Of a stretch of 19,635 nucleotides of DNA, positions 1 through 9,711 are shown piece by piece. The DNA comes from a bacterium (lineage in GTDB: Bacteria; SAR324; NAC60-12), in contig CBDDTI010000083.1 in the NCBI GenBank assembly GCA_965233585.1, positions 1 through 19,635 on the forward strand. Reading direction: 5' to 3'. Each line of letters opens with the position of its first letter. The stretch's first letter is position 1. The notes beneath the pieces were generated by a model. It searched no databases. It was not told the DNA's origin and saw nothing but the letters and a program-made list of their open reading frames with translations. The position numbers and the translations under genes are program-made.

Positions 1-213
1 CAAATTTTGCGTCTTCTAGAGAACGTGAGCCACGACGGCTAATTTTTTAATTTTTCATTTCAAATTTACCGCTGTGTTCCGGATTTAGTTTTGCGATAGT
101 TTTGACAGTAATATACTAAGTAAATGACTTTAGAGTATCGTGAGATTCGTAGGTAAAATATAAATTCATTTTTTAATGTCCTCGGCGTCGCCGTCGTGTT
201 TCGTAAACTCCCT
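1..213 (-). mobile_element. MITE (partial, runs off the window), same family as 252-618 but in opposite orientation
   Basis: Reverse complement aligns by eye (roughly 80%) to 252-~475. Ends in the TIR cgtcgtgtttcgtaaactccct. Confidence 0.8.
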
Positions 214-251
214 AATAGGCGTCGTCGTCTTGGTTTCGTAAACTCCCTAAT

Positions 252-618
252 AGGGAGTTTACGAAACCAAGACGACGACGCCGAGGACAACGTCGAGTAA
301 AAAATGAATTTATATTTTACCTACCAATCTCGCTATACGCTAAAGTCATTTGCTTTGTTTATCACTGTCAAAACTATCTTAAAACTCAATGCGAAACACA
401 GCGATAAATATGAAACAAAAATTTTAAAATTGAGTAGTCGTGGTCCACATTCTCCAGACAACGCAGAATTTGGTCATTTCACGTTGTTGATTTGCAGAGG
501 ACGGCAAAGAAATGTACTAAGATTCAAAACGCACGTGCACAGCCATTGTTCAGCTCATTAAACCTTTTGTTTGGTGGCGTTCCCGTCGCCGTCGCCGTCG
601 TGGTTTCGTAAACTCCCT
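252..618 (+). mobile_element. MITE / non-autonomous DNA transposon
   Basis: TIRs agggagtttacgaaaccaagacgacgacg ... cgtcgccgtcgtggtttcgtaaactccct. No coding capacity. Confidence 0.85.
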
Positions 619-710
619 ATTTAAATGTATTCGACGCGACTTAGATTCGACGTTTGCCCTAGGCCTTAGTGTCACAACACAACTAAACACGCGGGTGTTT
701 TTATTTTCAG

Positions 711-797
711 ATGCTCTCCCTCATGGAGCATATGTACCAAGTACTGGGACTGACTGAAGAATTTGGAATCAACAGTGTTGTGTTGAGGCGGTTTTTG
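711..797 (+). CDS. PDE9A: cGMP-specific 3',5'-cyclic phosphodiesterase 9 (PDE9A), internal coding exon a (first in window)
   Basis: ttttcag|ATG...TTG|gtaagt. Translates MLSLMEHMYQVLGLTEEFGINSVVLRRFL, matching the recalled human PDE9A [29 protein letters not shown]. Phase 0/0. The gene's 5' part lies upstream of the window. Confidence 0.93.
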
Positions 798-1153
798 GTA
801 AGTAAATGATCTCATCACTCCCATGTAAAATTAACGGAAACAAGATGTGATTGCCTGAAAATTGTTAAACAGTCCCCTTATTAAAGGTGCCTAACGTATC
901 GTTTTGGGGGCTTGTTTTTTAGTCGAATTTTACCACTGATAGATACCAATCACAAGACAGCACAACTTGACGTTTCAGATTTAAATTGCAAAATGGATTC
1001 CTTGGATTAGCTTTCCTTGTTACAGCGCAGAGCGTAATTCTCTAAATGGTACCGAAGAAGCTCTGACGTTAGACGTAAATTTTAATTAGTTAATACGATA
1101 CTATTTTGAAACGGAATTTTCATTCATTCCTACCTTTGTGTGATATTTTTTAG

Positions 1154-1225
1154 GCGGCTATTCAACAAAACTACAGAAACAATCCTTTTCACAATTTTCG
1201 CCATTGCTTCTGCGTCACTCAGATG
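1154..1225 (+). CDS. PDE9A: PDE9A exon b
   Basis: tttttag|GCG...ATG|gtaag. [24 protein letters not shown] contains the PDE HNxxH metal-binding motif. Confidence 0.96.
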
Positions 1226-1685
1226 GTAAGATATGTCACATCTACATTAGTCTCTGTCGCTGCCGTTACGTGTATTTCCCTGTAACGTTTCTCCTAACTG
1301 TAGTAGTGGAGATGAGCATCCATTAAGAGCGGCATCAATGCTTGTCGCGGTTGAGGCAGAATGTGTATGTCACTCAACGTGGGAAATACCACTGAAGATG
1401 AGTGGGGCTATAGAGTTATTTTTAGGATCTAAAGTAAATATGTCTTCAAGAATATCATGCATTTGCCCAGTTACTAACTTCAAATGGAAGTCCATTCCAT
1501 CTATTCCCAACGCTGCTACTGCAAATGCCACTAAGTTCTCTTAATGAAAGACTTTCTCGGTTTTACCTGTAGATGCTAAGAGCAATCCAAGCAGGCTGAA
1601 GCCGGCTTTTTCCTTGACGTGCACTAGATCTCAGTTCAAATATTTAGACATATTTTTTCACTTCGTTGAATTGAATTGTCCTCAG

Positions 1686-1801
1686 ATGTTTTCCATCATC
1701 CATCTTTGCAATCTTAAAGACTTGCTTTCCAAAATGGATCTCCTCGTTCTTATGACGGCCTGCATTTGCCACGATCTTGATCATCCGGGATTTAACAACA
1801 C
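1686..1801 (+). CDS. PDE9A: PDE9A exon c
   Basis: ctcag|ATG...AC|gtaagt. MFSIIHLCNLKDLLSKMDLLVLMTACICHDLDHPGFNN(T) contains the class I PDE signature HDxxHxGxxN. Ends in phase 2. Confidence 0.97.
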
Positions 1802-1854
1802 GTAAGTTCATTGCGAAATAGCTTAGAAGACGTGCACTTTGATTGGTGAAAAGG

Positions 1855-2025
1855 AGGGGCAGATCTAGGGGGAGGGTGCAGGGGGTGCGCAACACCACCC
1901 CCCCCCCCCCCCACGAGATGACCTGCGGCTTTCTTATACAACTGGTGTTTACGTCCGTTCACCAGTCAGACACACCATTCCTTAGTGGTGCACCCTTTCC
2001 TAAAAAAAATCCTTGATCCGCCCTT
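1855..2025. mobile_element. Small MITE (hAT-like termini)
   Basis: Imperfect TIRs aggggcagatctagg ... ccttgatccgccctt. A related end (aggggcggatctagg) recurs at ~9492. TSD is ambiguous. Confidence 0.7.
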
Positions 2026-2571
2026 AAAAAAGGATCTCTATAGCTATGCCAGATTCCTCGTTTGATACCGAATGAGAAAATTCTATTCTTATAGCGCTTT
2101 GTTTCTCACTGACTTTAAATGATTCTAGTAAGATACAGTGATAGTTAATGCGACAGACTAAGGATTTTTACGGAGTCGGAACTCTACAAAATGTTTGATA
2201 TTTACTGTTGGTAGAATTCTACCAGCATACTTATGTAAATGCTGCAATGTGATTGGCTGAGCAACTGATTGAGCTAATTCAATTCCTATGAACACTAAAG
2301 AAAAGGAAATTGACCGTTATAATTTCTTTGGAACCTCAAACTTTAACAAAGACTGACTGACGAGCGCGCGAGCACAGTTTCAAGTCATTTTAACAATACA
2401 GCTCGAGAGATGATGCTAGGCATGAAGTTCAAAACTACCTTCAGAAATTATTGGAAAGAGTTATTTAAAGGAAACTTAGTGATGATTCGATTAATTATTT
2501 ACTCTCAATTTCTATGATATGATAGTTGAGATCATAACCTAATTGCAAATTATACTTTTTGTTTTCTATAG

Positions 2572-2671
2572 TTACCAGATCAATGCACAGACAGAACTCG
2601 CCATTCGTTACAATGACATCTCTCCTTTGGAAAATCACCATGCGGCTGTGGCATTTGAAGTAATCAGCCAG
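2572..2671 (+). CDS. PDE9A: PDE9A exon d
   Basis: ttctatag|T TAC...CAG|gtattt. [33 protein letters not shown]. Phase 2 start fits exon c. Confidence 0.97.
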
Positions 2672-3145
2672 GTATTTAAGAATTCTTGTTTGCTTGTGTG
2701 CCATAACGAAACGCAGGGATATTTTTATCAAATTTTACATCCTTATTATGGAATCGTAATTCCTGGAGCAAAACCTTTCATATCAAACGAGTGTTTTTTT
2801 TCTCTTGTTTTACCCATGCAAATCGAACACATTTCAAGAGAAATGTTTTTAAATGACCTCCTGTTGAAAGTAAGCTGGTCCGCAATGCATACTTGTGAGC
2901 AAAAAGTGCTAGCTGTAATTGCGGACACTGAATTTATGGGACTTTTAACTGCACGATAGGAAGCTCACCAGTTGGCTCTTTGCAAAGTGCTGCCCTGCCG
3001 GAAAGACGGAATTTCAACCAAGCACCTCTAGATTTCAAATATTTAGCATGATTTTGGAAATCTCAAAAACATATATCTATCTAAAAAGACATAAAAGCAG
3101 CAATTTTGTAACAATCGAAATGAAGAGAACAAGACTTTAAATTTG

Positions 3146-3184
3146 AAAGACATGTTTCGGCAACTCGTGTGCCATCGTCAGTTT
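3146..3184 (-). ncRNA. Minimal type I hammerhead ribozyme motif (inverted copy)
   Basis: Minus strand reads aaaCUGACGAuGGCAcacgaguUGCCGAAAcauGUCuuu; its only difference from the + copy is in loop II. Confidence 0.75.
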
Positions 3185-3336
3185 ACGGATGGAATTACAA
3201 TGATGAACAATATATAGTGGAAAATTAGAATAACAATGGTATGATACAGCAACTACTTAATTATAAACCTTGTGTATCATACCATTGTTATTCTAATTTT
3301 CCGCTATATATTGTTCATCATTGTAATTCCATCCGT

Positions 3337-3375
3337 AAACTGACGATGGCACAGGAGTTGCCGAAACATGTCTTT
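3337..3375 (+). ncRNA. Minimal type I hammerhead ribozyme motif
   Basis: aaa-CUGACGA-u-GGCA(caggagu)UGCC-GAAA-cau-GUC/uuu: conserved core, 4-bp stem II, palindromic ACAUGU in stem III, GUC cleavage triplet at 3370-3372, 3-bp stem I. Confidence 0.75.
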
Positions 3376-3868
3376 CAAATTTAAAAGTCTTGTTCTCTTC
3401 ATTAAGATATATCTATCTTAAGACAGAACAATAATTTATTTTGTAGAGCAGTACTGGACAAACGATCAAAACCCATTATGAAGTGAGGATGGCTCATGAT
3501 GGCCAGGATGGAAATGGATTGTGATATGGATTTTTGAGAAAAGCTCAGAATGTTAGTTTTTCAAAAGTTCAAGTTTGGCTTCAAAATCGTTGAAATTTTG
3601 CAAAACATGTTGCTGCAGTGTGGACTTTCTTCAAGAAATTGCTTTTAATGATATAGTTAGAGTTAAGTTCTTGTTACCTACATTTGGGGACCCTGTCGTG
3701 AATTTATAACAGCTTTAAGCAAATCATCGTGACAGCGTCCCTTTATAATTATCTGATGTGTATTGCGTGCACTTTGAAAACCATCATGGCAGCAATCTAA
3801 TGAGAATCAGAAAATTGGTCCGCAATGCATGCGTGTAGGTAATCAATATTTATTTTGATTCCAACCAG

Positions 3869-3925
3869 CCTGACTGCAATATATTCTGCAACATGAGCAA
3901 AGAAGACCAGAAAAAGGTTCGCCAG
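3869..3925 (+). CDS. PDE9A: PDE9A exon e
   Basis: ccaaccag|CCT...CAG|gtgagg. PDCNIFCNMSKEDQKKVRQ (cf. PDE9A PECNIFSNIPPDGFKQIRQ). Confidence 0.93.
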
Positions 3926-4025
3926 GTGAGGCATTTGTAATACACTGTAACATGAAAGAGCAAAGATAAATAAATACTAAAATAATTTGTTATTTTAAAG
4001 AATAAATATAATTGTGTCTTTGTAG

Positions 4026-4139
4026 GAAATTGTGATGCTGATCTTGGCTACAGATATGGCTCGGCACAGTGAGATAGTGGAGCGGTTTAAGAGTAAACTG
4101 GACACATTTGACTTTCACAACGATGATTACGTTAGCTCG
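4026..4139 (+). CDS. PDE9A: PDE9A exon f
   Basis: tttgtag|GAA...TCG|gtgagc. EIVMLILATDMARHSEIVERFKSKLDTFDFHNDDYVSS contains the ILATDM motif. Confidence 0.96.
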
Positions 4140-4330
4140 GTGAGCAGGCAAATGAACTGAATAATTCTTTCTTCAGTTTGTCATGAGCAGGGGACAAGAA
4201 AACTGATAGTCCGGCAGCAGCCAAGAATCATCACTTATACACAAGAATGGCATAGAAAATCCCATTAATCATTGGCATGGTAAACTTTGTTACTTTCCAA
4301 ATAACATGTCTTTTTTCTTTTGCCGATTAG

Positions 4331-4435
4331 CTCAAGATGATTCTCATCAAGTGTTGCGACATTTCAAATGAAGTCCGACCGTTCGAAGTATCAGAACCCT
4401 GGGCCGACTGTCTACTTGAAGAGTACTTCATGCAG
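4331..4435 (+). CDS. PDE9A: PDE9A exon g
   Basis: gattag|CTC...CAG|gttag. [35 protein letters not shown] contains the PDE9-typical CCDISNEVR and EEYFMQ. Confidence 0.97.
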
Positions 4436-5092
4436 GTTAGAATGAAGTGTAACGTTAAATGAAAACACCTAATGAACGTAGAGGGAGTATCTGTTGGAGT
4501 ACTGCATGTGAGAAAAATATAGAAAATCTGAAAAAAACAGACGACAAGCCACTCAGAATTACAAGCAAAACGAAGCAGCTGGTGGCATGCACGAAAAACG
4601 CAACGGTGATTGGTTTGAATTTTCTTATTCGCTGAAGAAAAGAGTCTTGCCGGTCTTACTTAGGGAGGGGCCATTATTTTGGTAGGGGGGTGGGGGGTGG
4701 GGTAGAAAATTTTCTGGAACATTTCTTTAAGTGGGATTTAGCTTGTGCAATATTTTTGAACATCTAAAATAGGACCTGGAAGGTAGAGAGCACTTGCTCA
4801 ATTCTTTCTCCGTGGTCACCTTTGCAGTTTGTTTCTGTACGGGAACATTGTTTTGAAAATAGCAACCTAGTAGCCCTCATTTAGATATGTTGGGGCACGT
4901 TGCACAAGCTTTATTTGACGCAATAACAAAGTGAAACAAGCCTCACAATTATTTTACGTTCAGTACGGAAGACTAGCAAATATGATTATTTGAAAATGTT
5001 TTCATGCCTTTGCTGATCCTTAGACACCAAATGCTGACGAGGTTCGAAGGCGAAGGATCTTAGTGACATAATCACTGCTTTTTTATTCACAG

Positions 5093-5221
5093 AGCGATCG
5101 TGAGAAGTCTGAAGGATTGCCAGTGGCTCCTTTTATGGACCGTGATAAAGTCAGTAAACCCACTGCACAGATTGGCTTCATCAAGTTTGTGCTCATTCCA
5201 TTGTTTGAGCTGTTAAACAAG
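5093..5221 (+). CDS. PDE9A: PDE9A exon h
   Basis: ttcacag|AGC...AAG|gtact. [43 protein letters not shown] has the invariant substrate-binding Gln and clamp Phe (AQIGF). Confidence 0.97.
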
Positions 5222-5730
5222 GTACTGTTGCTATCCGGACCGCGTTTTTAGAGCTACCGTGAAATCTTTTTTGTTACAAGCAAGTCAGTCCTTGAACCTA
5301 CGGCAGCTGGTCTTTCCTTTCAGGGTTGGAAGGGCATTTATCTTGAAACGGATGCATAAGCGCGGTATGGCTGAGAGGGACGTGGGCAAGTCGAGTGGTT
5401 ATGAGTGTCAGAAGTTAATCCGCGCCCATGTCTTCTTGTTTTGATACACCAAATTCGCTTGAAATTGACACTTATGGGGGGAGTCTTTTTAGATGCAAAT
5501 AAAATTAATCTTTTTTAATGATATTCCCCCCTGACGAGCCTCCATTGTAAGTTATTTACCGTCCAAAACCGAGAATGTGAATATGACCTGTTCCTTCTAG
5601 GCTGAAGCGTCTTGCCTCCTACTGACTTTCTGCCTGAAGTAGGGGGAAGGGATAGAGCGGTGGAATTCGGGGCGGGGAAGCTCGTCGACTTGCTTAGGGG
5701 TGAAAATCACAGATTTTATGGTCTCACTTA

Positions 5731-6277
5731 AGGCCGATTTACACGGTACGACTTTGTCGCATACGACAAGCTTACGACAGGCCTACGACATGAATTGTTT
5801 CGTGTAAATCAAACCTACAACTTGCTTACGACTGTTGTTTACGTCAAAAAAGATGTCGTAGGATTTTGAAACATGTTTTAAAACGCTGCGACAATCGTAG
5901 CCAGGAGTAGCCGAAGTCAATAGAAAATGACGTATTTTGCGACAAATTCCTACTGAGTAGGGGACGAGATGAAGTGTTCTTGCGTCAAAATGGCGGACGA
6001 ACTTGTTGTTGACTGATTCGCATGAGAAGTTTCTCGAAAAGTACTGAACGGATTAAAGTGAAAAACATCTTGTTAGAAAGCTTTTTCAAAGCGCAGGACA
6101 ACTGAAATATTTTTTTGCCGTTTGTTAGAATTTTCGCTCCGTAAATCCCGGTGCAAACTTTTGCATATTTAATTTTGTAAGTGAAAATGTCGTTCGCTTG
6201 TAAATGGTCCTAAGACATGTCGCAGGCCTGTCGTAAAGTTGTCGCGTGCGACAAAGTCGTACCGTGTAAATCGGCCT
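5731..6277. mobile_element. PIF/Harbinger-like MITE
   Basis: ~60-bp TIRs aggccgatttacacggtacgactttgtcgca... / ...tgcgacaaagtcgtaccgtgtaaatcggcct. TTA TSD at 5728-5730 and 6278-6280. Confidence 0.9.
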
Positions 6278-6561
6278 TTAGGATATGCAGGACGAAAGGC
6301 AACTATTTTTTAGCCGTGAAACTACAATAAACACAAAAAACACAGAAAACATAAACAAACCCTGTCATGTTTTTTTGAAGTGATATCTTTTAAGGATTAA
6401 ATAAGCCGAGATCCAAGGCTAGATTTCTCTCCCCCCCCCCCCCCCCCCCTACACTCTCCGCTATTCAGATGGGAGACCCCCCTTTCCAGGCTTCTCTCGT
6501 CACCTCGCACTGCACAGCCCAGTGCTTTGGCAAATTCTGACATGTGGCCTTCTGTTGCCAG

Positions 6562-6804
6562 TTGTTTCCTCAAGTGGCCCCGGTAATGATAAAACCTCTC
6601 CGTGCAGCTTACGAAAACTACGAAAGGATACGTTTAGAAGAAGAGGCCGTGAAGTCCGCCGCGGACGTCGACTCCCCTGAAACAAGCACCACCGAGAATG
6701 GATTGAAAGCCAGTTCAGATGTACAGCTGTTTCGTGACAAGAAAGCAAGTAAAATGGCCAGTAGAGACCAAGAGAAACTGAATCATTCTTCCTTCAAGAA
6801 CCAG
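6562..6804 (+). CDS. PDE9A: PDE9A exon i (end of catalytic domain plus divergent C-terminal tail)
   Basis: tgttgccag|TTG TTT CCT...CAG|gtacta. LFPQVAPVMIKPLRAAYENYERIR (cf. LFPMVEEIMLQPLWESRDRYEELK) is followed by a low-complexity tail. Unspliced read-through would give VLM* (stop 6814-6816). Confidence 0.88.
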
Positions 6805-6925
6805 GTACTAATGTAAGACGGGTATTTTACATATGTCATGTAGAGGGACAATTGTGTGTGTGTGTCTGGAGCTCGAGGGGAGGGGGAAAGGGAATTTAGG
6901 TGACCAATTAAACTTCATGCTACAC

Positions 6926-7407
6926 GAGGGGGGTGAATAGGTCTACGGATCGGCGGATTAGGTAAATATTTTTGCTCGGATTCTGGATTCAGAGGGAGAT
7001 TTTAGCGGATCTGCGGATCCTATGATCACAGCGGATCGCGGTTTTATCCAGTTTTTGGGCCCGGATTTTGGATTTTGGTTGTTAGGAAGGTCGGATCGTA
7101 GCGATCGTGGATCTCAACGTTCCCGTGGAAATCTCACTTTCTCTCTTTTATGTGCAGGATGTCACGCAGTGGAGAAAACGACGTTGGCTACATAAATATT
7201 TCGTTGATAGTCATCCTCAACGCTAAACCACAATATCACATGCAAAAGACAACTCCAACAAATGAAGACGCTTTGTATCTCGCGCATCATCTAACGCGGC
7301 AAACAATTTGTGGATTCGGATTTAGTTGATTTTTTGAGCGGATCAACGGATTCAGCCATTAATTTTTAGCGGATCGGTGGATTTACATACCCTTATTTAC
7401 CCCGCTC
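6926..7407. mobile_element. MITE with GAG..CTC termini and 6-bp TSD
   Basis: TIRs gaggggggtgaatagg / cttatttaccccgctc. TSD ctacac at 6920-6925 and 7408-7413. Many internal (c/t)ggat motifs. Confidence 0.8.
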
Positions 7408-7426
7408 CTACACATAACGGAGCTAC

Positions 7427-8377
7427 AATAAGAGTCTCAAGAGGACTGGGACTACCAAATTCACGAATTTGATTGGCTGAAATGGATATTGACCGCGGTC
7501 TAGATTTTCCCATCTAGACCGGCATCTAGACCGGAAATGTTTTGAAGTGAAAAAGTTGCAAACTAAAATGCACAATCATTGACTGTTTTTATCTAACAAT
7601 ATTTATTTCTGTAAGTCCCAAAAAGCCTAAAAAAAGAGAAAGTAACGAGGACGAGCAAACTTTGGAAGAATTAAATTAGATTCATCGACGTTCGCAAGAA
7701 AAATTTCAGTCGGTTAGTACAAACCAGTTACATTAAACGAATTAAATTATTCTTGTTTTGTCATAATTATAATAAACATCTTATTAGCCGAACTAATACC
7801 CCGTTCACACCAAAGCTGTTTAGTTAAACACGGTCTAAAATCCCTTTCCCTCTCGAAATTTAAGAAGGGTCTTAAACTGAATTTTTGCACCCCCAAATCT
7901 AGTAAGAGAGATTGAGCTTATAATTTATATAGATTTATTGACTTATCTATTCGTTCCTAAGTTATTTTTCGTCTAGTTATTTATCCACTTGTTACCTATT
8001 TATTTCAGTTATATGTAAATTAAGTATTTCTAAGTAACAGCCTGTATAAATATTGCTTATGAATAAATAAATAAAATTGTTTTCTTTATAAAAGCTGCTT
8101 ACTGATGTTTCTTTACTTCAAATTCAGCACAAATTAAAAAACATGTTTAAGTTCATCTAAATCCTACTTAAAAGCCTGCGTTACAGTTTTTCTTTAATAG
8201 TTTTCATTTTTCTAAACGTGGTTTAATTAAACATGTTTAGTTGGTGTGAATGGGGTATAAGTCGATCTGTATTGGAGGATCTTGCCCTCCGTCATGTGTA
8301 CAGTCCTCACTGCGTACAGTTACGACTTTGGTCAAGATTCTCCCTTACAGACCCTCTGCTTGGTTAATAAGAGCTAA
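7427..8377. repeat. Interspersed repeat with a one-sided terminal hairpin, interrupted by a MITE
   Basis: After removing 7797-8260, ttattagccga...tctgtattggaggatcttg pairs with caagattctcccttacaga...ttggttaataa. aataagag occurs at both ends. Boundaries are approximate. Confidence 0.6.
7797..8257. mobile_element. PIF/Harbinger-like MITE nested in the previous repeat
   Basis: TIRs taccccgttcacaccaa / ttggtgtgaatggggta. TAA TSD at 7794-7796 and 8258-8260. Confidence 0.85.
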
Positions 8378-8479
8378 GTCGGAACCACATTCAGCTTGGA
8401 TTTCTCGCCATGATGTTAACTGACTTACTATCTAAAGTAACACCAAGTTATGATTTTACTGTTTTTTATTTTGAATTAA

Positions 8480-8864
8480 GGCCATCCCCATAAAATGTTT
8501 CGTTTCCCATCGCCCGACCGACCCATTTTTTTTGGAAAAGTAAAAAAAGAAAATTCAGAATCACTTGTAAAGAAACAAGTACTTTAGTTTACAAGCACAC
8601 GATCTTGTCGTTATTAACACCAATTGTCTTAAATTATCATCGATACTTCGTTTTTGTGGCTTTTTTAGACATTTGGTAGTCCTGCTCTGATTACGAACGA
8701 AAGGATCACGTAACCTAGCTTTTGTACTTAGCAGCCCGGCCTTCGCTGGCACTCAGAACCCTTTTATGTGTTTGTATTTGTATTTTTTTTATTTTGCCCG
8801 ACCGACCGACCCACCTTCACGAGAGCGAGGGCGATGGGAAACGAAACACTTTATTGGGATGGCC
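8480..8864. mobile_element. MITE, Zator-like (GG termini, TWA target)
   Basis: ~35-bp TIRs ggccatccccataaaatgtttcgtttcccatcgccc / gggcgatgggaaacgaaacactttattgggatggcc. Flanks are taa / caa. Subterminal ccgaccgaccc repeats. Superfamily is inferred. Confidence 0.8.
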
Positions 8865-8907
8865 CAAACTGAAAAAAAATTCTTTTAAATATTCTTTTTC
8901 TTTTCAG

Positions 8908-8979
8908 AAAGACACAGATGATGCTGAGCAAGCTCCATCTACGACTACCACTAACCAGTTCAAGTTGCTAAAGGAATGA
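8908..8979 (+). CDS. PDE9A: Probable terminal coding exon j of PDE9A
   Basis: Strong acceptor tctttttcttttcag|AAA, phase 0 compatible with the donor at 6805. KDTDDAEQAPSTTTTNQFKLLKE* followed by UTR-like sequence. No homology support; inferred from splice signals only. Confidence 0.65.
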   Translation, partial: KDTDDAEQAPSTTTTNQFKLLKE

Positions 8980-9711
8980 TAAAAAGCAAGGATCACCAGC
9001 AGTCTTGTCCGTGTGTGCATGATTTTTTAGTTCTACACGGGGCCAAGGGTGGGACGTATAAAACAGTCTTTTTCTCAAATTGTTTTAAGGATCTGTGTCG
9101 GAGATGGTCAGATGTCTAAGAACATGTGAGTCACCTTAACCAGCTACAAAGGGATTTTCTAAATCCTGTTCACCATTTATAAGGGTCGGTTAAATTCATA
9201 CACTTTCGTATATTCGCACATTGTTATCACGTGTTATTGCATTGTCATCCCATTGGTTGCTGATTTGATTAGCTGGTCATTTACTCAAGATGGTTTATTT
9301 TTCGTGTCAATCGCAAAGATTTCTCTTTTTTGCCGATTTCAGGCTGAAAATGGTCTTGTAAATATTATTAGATTACAGCCAGGTTACAGCATATGGCATT
9401 TCTGTTTTCGATTGTATTTGGTGTCGGGATGGTGTTAGAGTAATTGTGGAGCCAGACTGAAGGCATAAACACCTGATATGACACACATAACAGGGGCGGA
9501 TCTAGGTTATTTAATTAACATCGAACATACATCCAGTGCTGTGCTTGTTGCTTAGTTTTGGCTGGAGTTTTGCTGGGTAAAGAAAAGAACAATTTTGTAC
9601 GATTTCATATAATTGTATTGTATTTGCGAATTTTCAACTCACAGAAACTCAGCCTCGAGTTTATTTGTAAAAATAATCTTAAAATTTCGCAAATGTCCGC
9701 CTTAGTATACT

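Larger units (their letters stand above)
3083..3406. mobile_element. Penelope-like element remnant: inverted pseudo-LTR pair
   Basis: Arms 3119-3248 and 3273-3403 are reverse complements (2 substitutions and 1 indel seen) with a 24-nt spacer. Flanking direct repeat atatatctatct at 3071-3082 and 3407-3418. Each arm carries a hammerhead motif. Penelope assignment is inferred; no ORF is present. Confidence 0.75.

Noticed and set aside
66..561. ORFs 66-290 (-) and 304-561 (+)
   Set aside because: Both lie within non-coding MITE copies and have no recognisable domain.
1300..1610. Coding-looking stretch in a PDE9A intron (+ ORF 1338-1544; - strand frame ENLVAFAVAALGIDGMDF...HVE*)
   Set aside because: No recognisable motif or convincing splice context. 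It would need a tblastx hit to be supported.
2876..3831. 15-bp match tggtccgcaatgcat at ~2877 and ~3816
   Set aside because: Short, no TIRs visible between the copies; probably an old local duplication or repeat relic.
6940..7390. Repeated cggat motifs as a possible CRISPR-like array
   Set aside because: Motifs are 5-7 bp, irregularly spaced, inside a TIR element in a eukaryotic intron; no cas genes.
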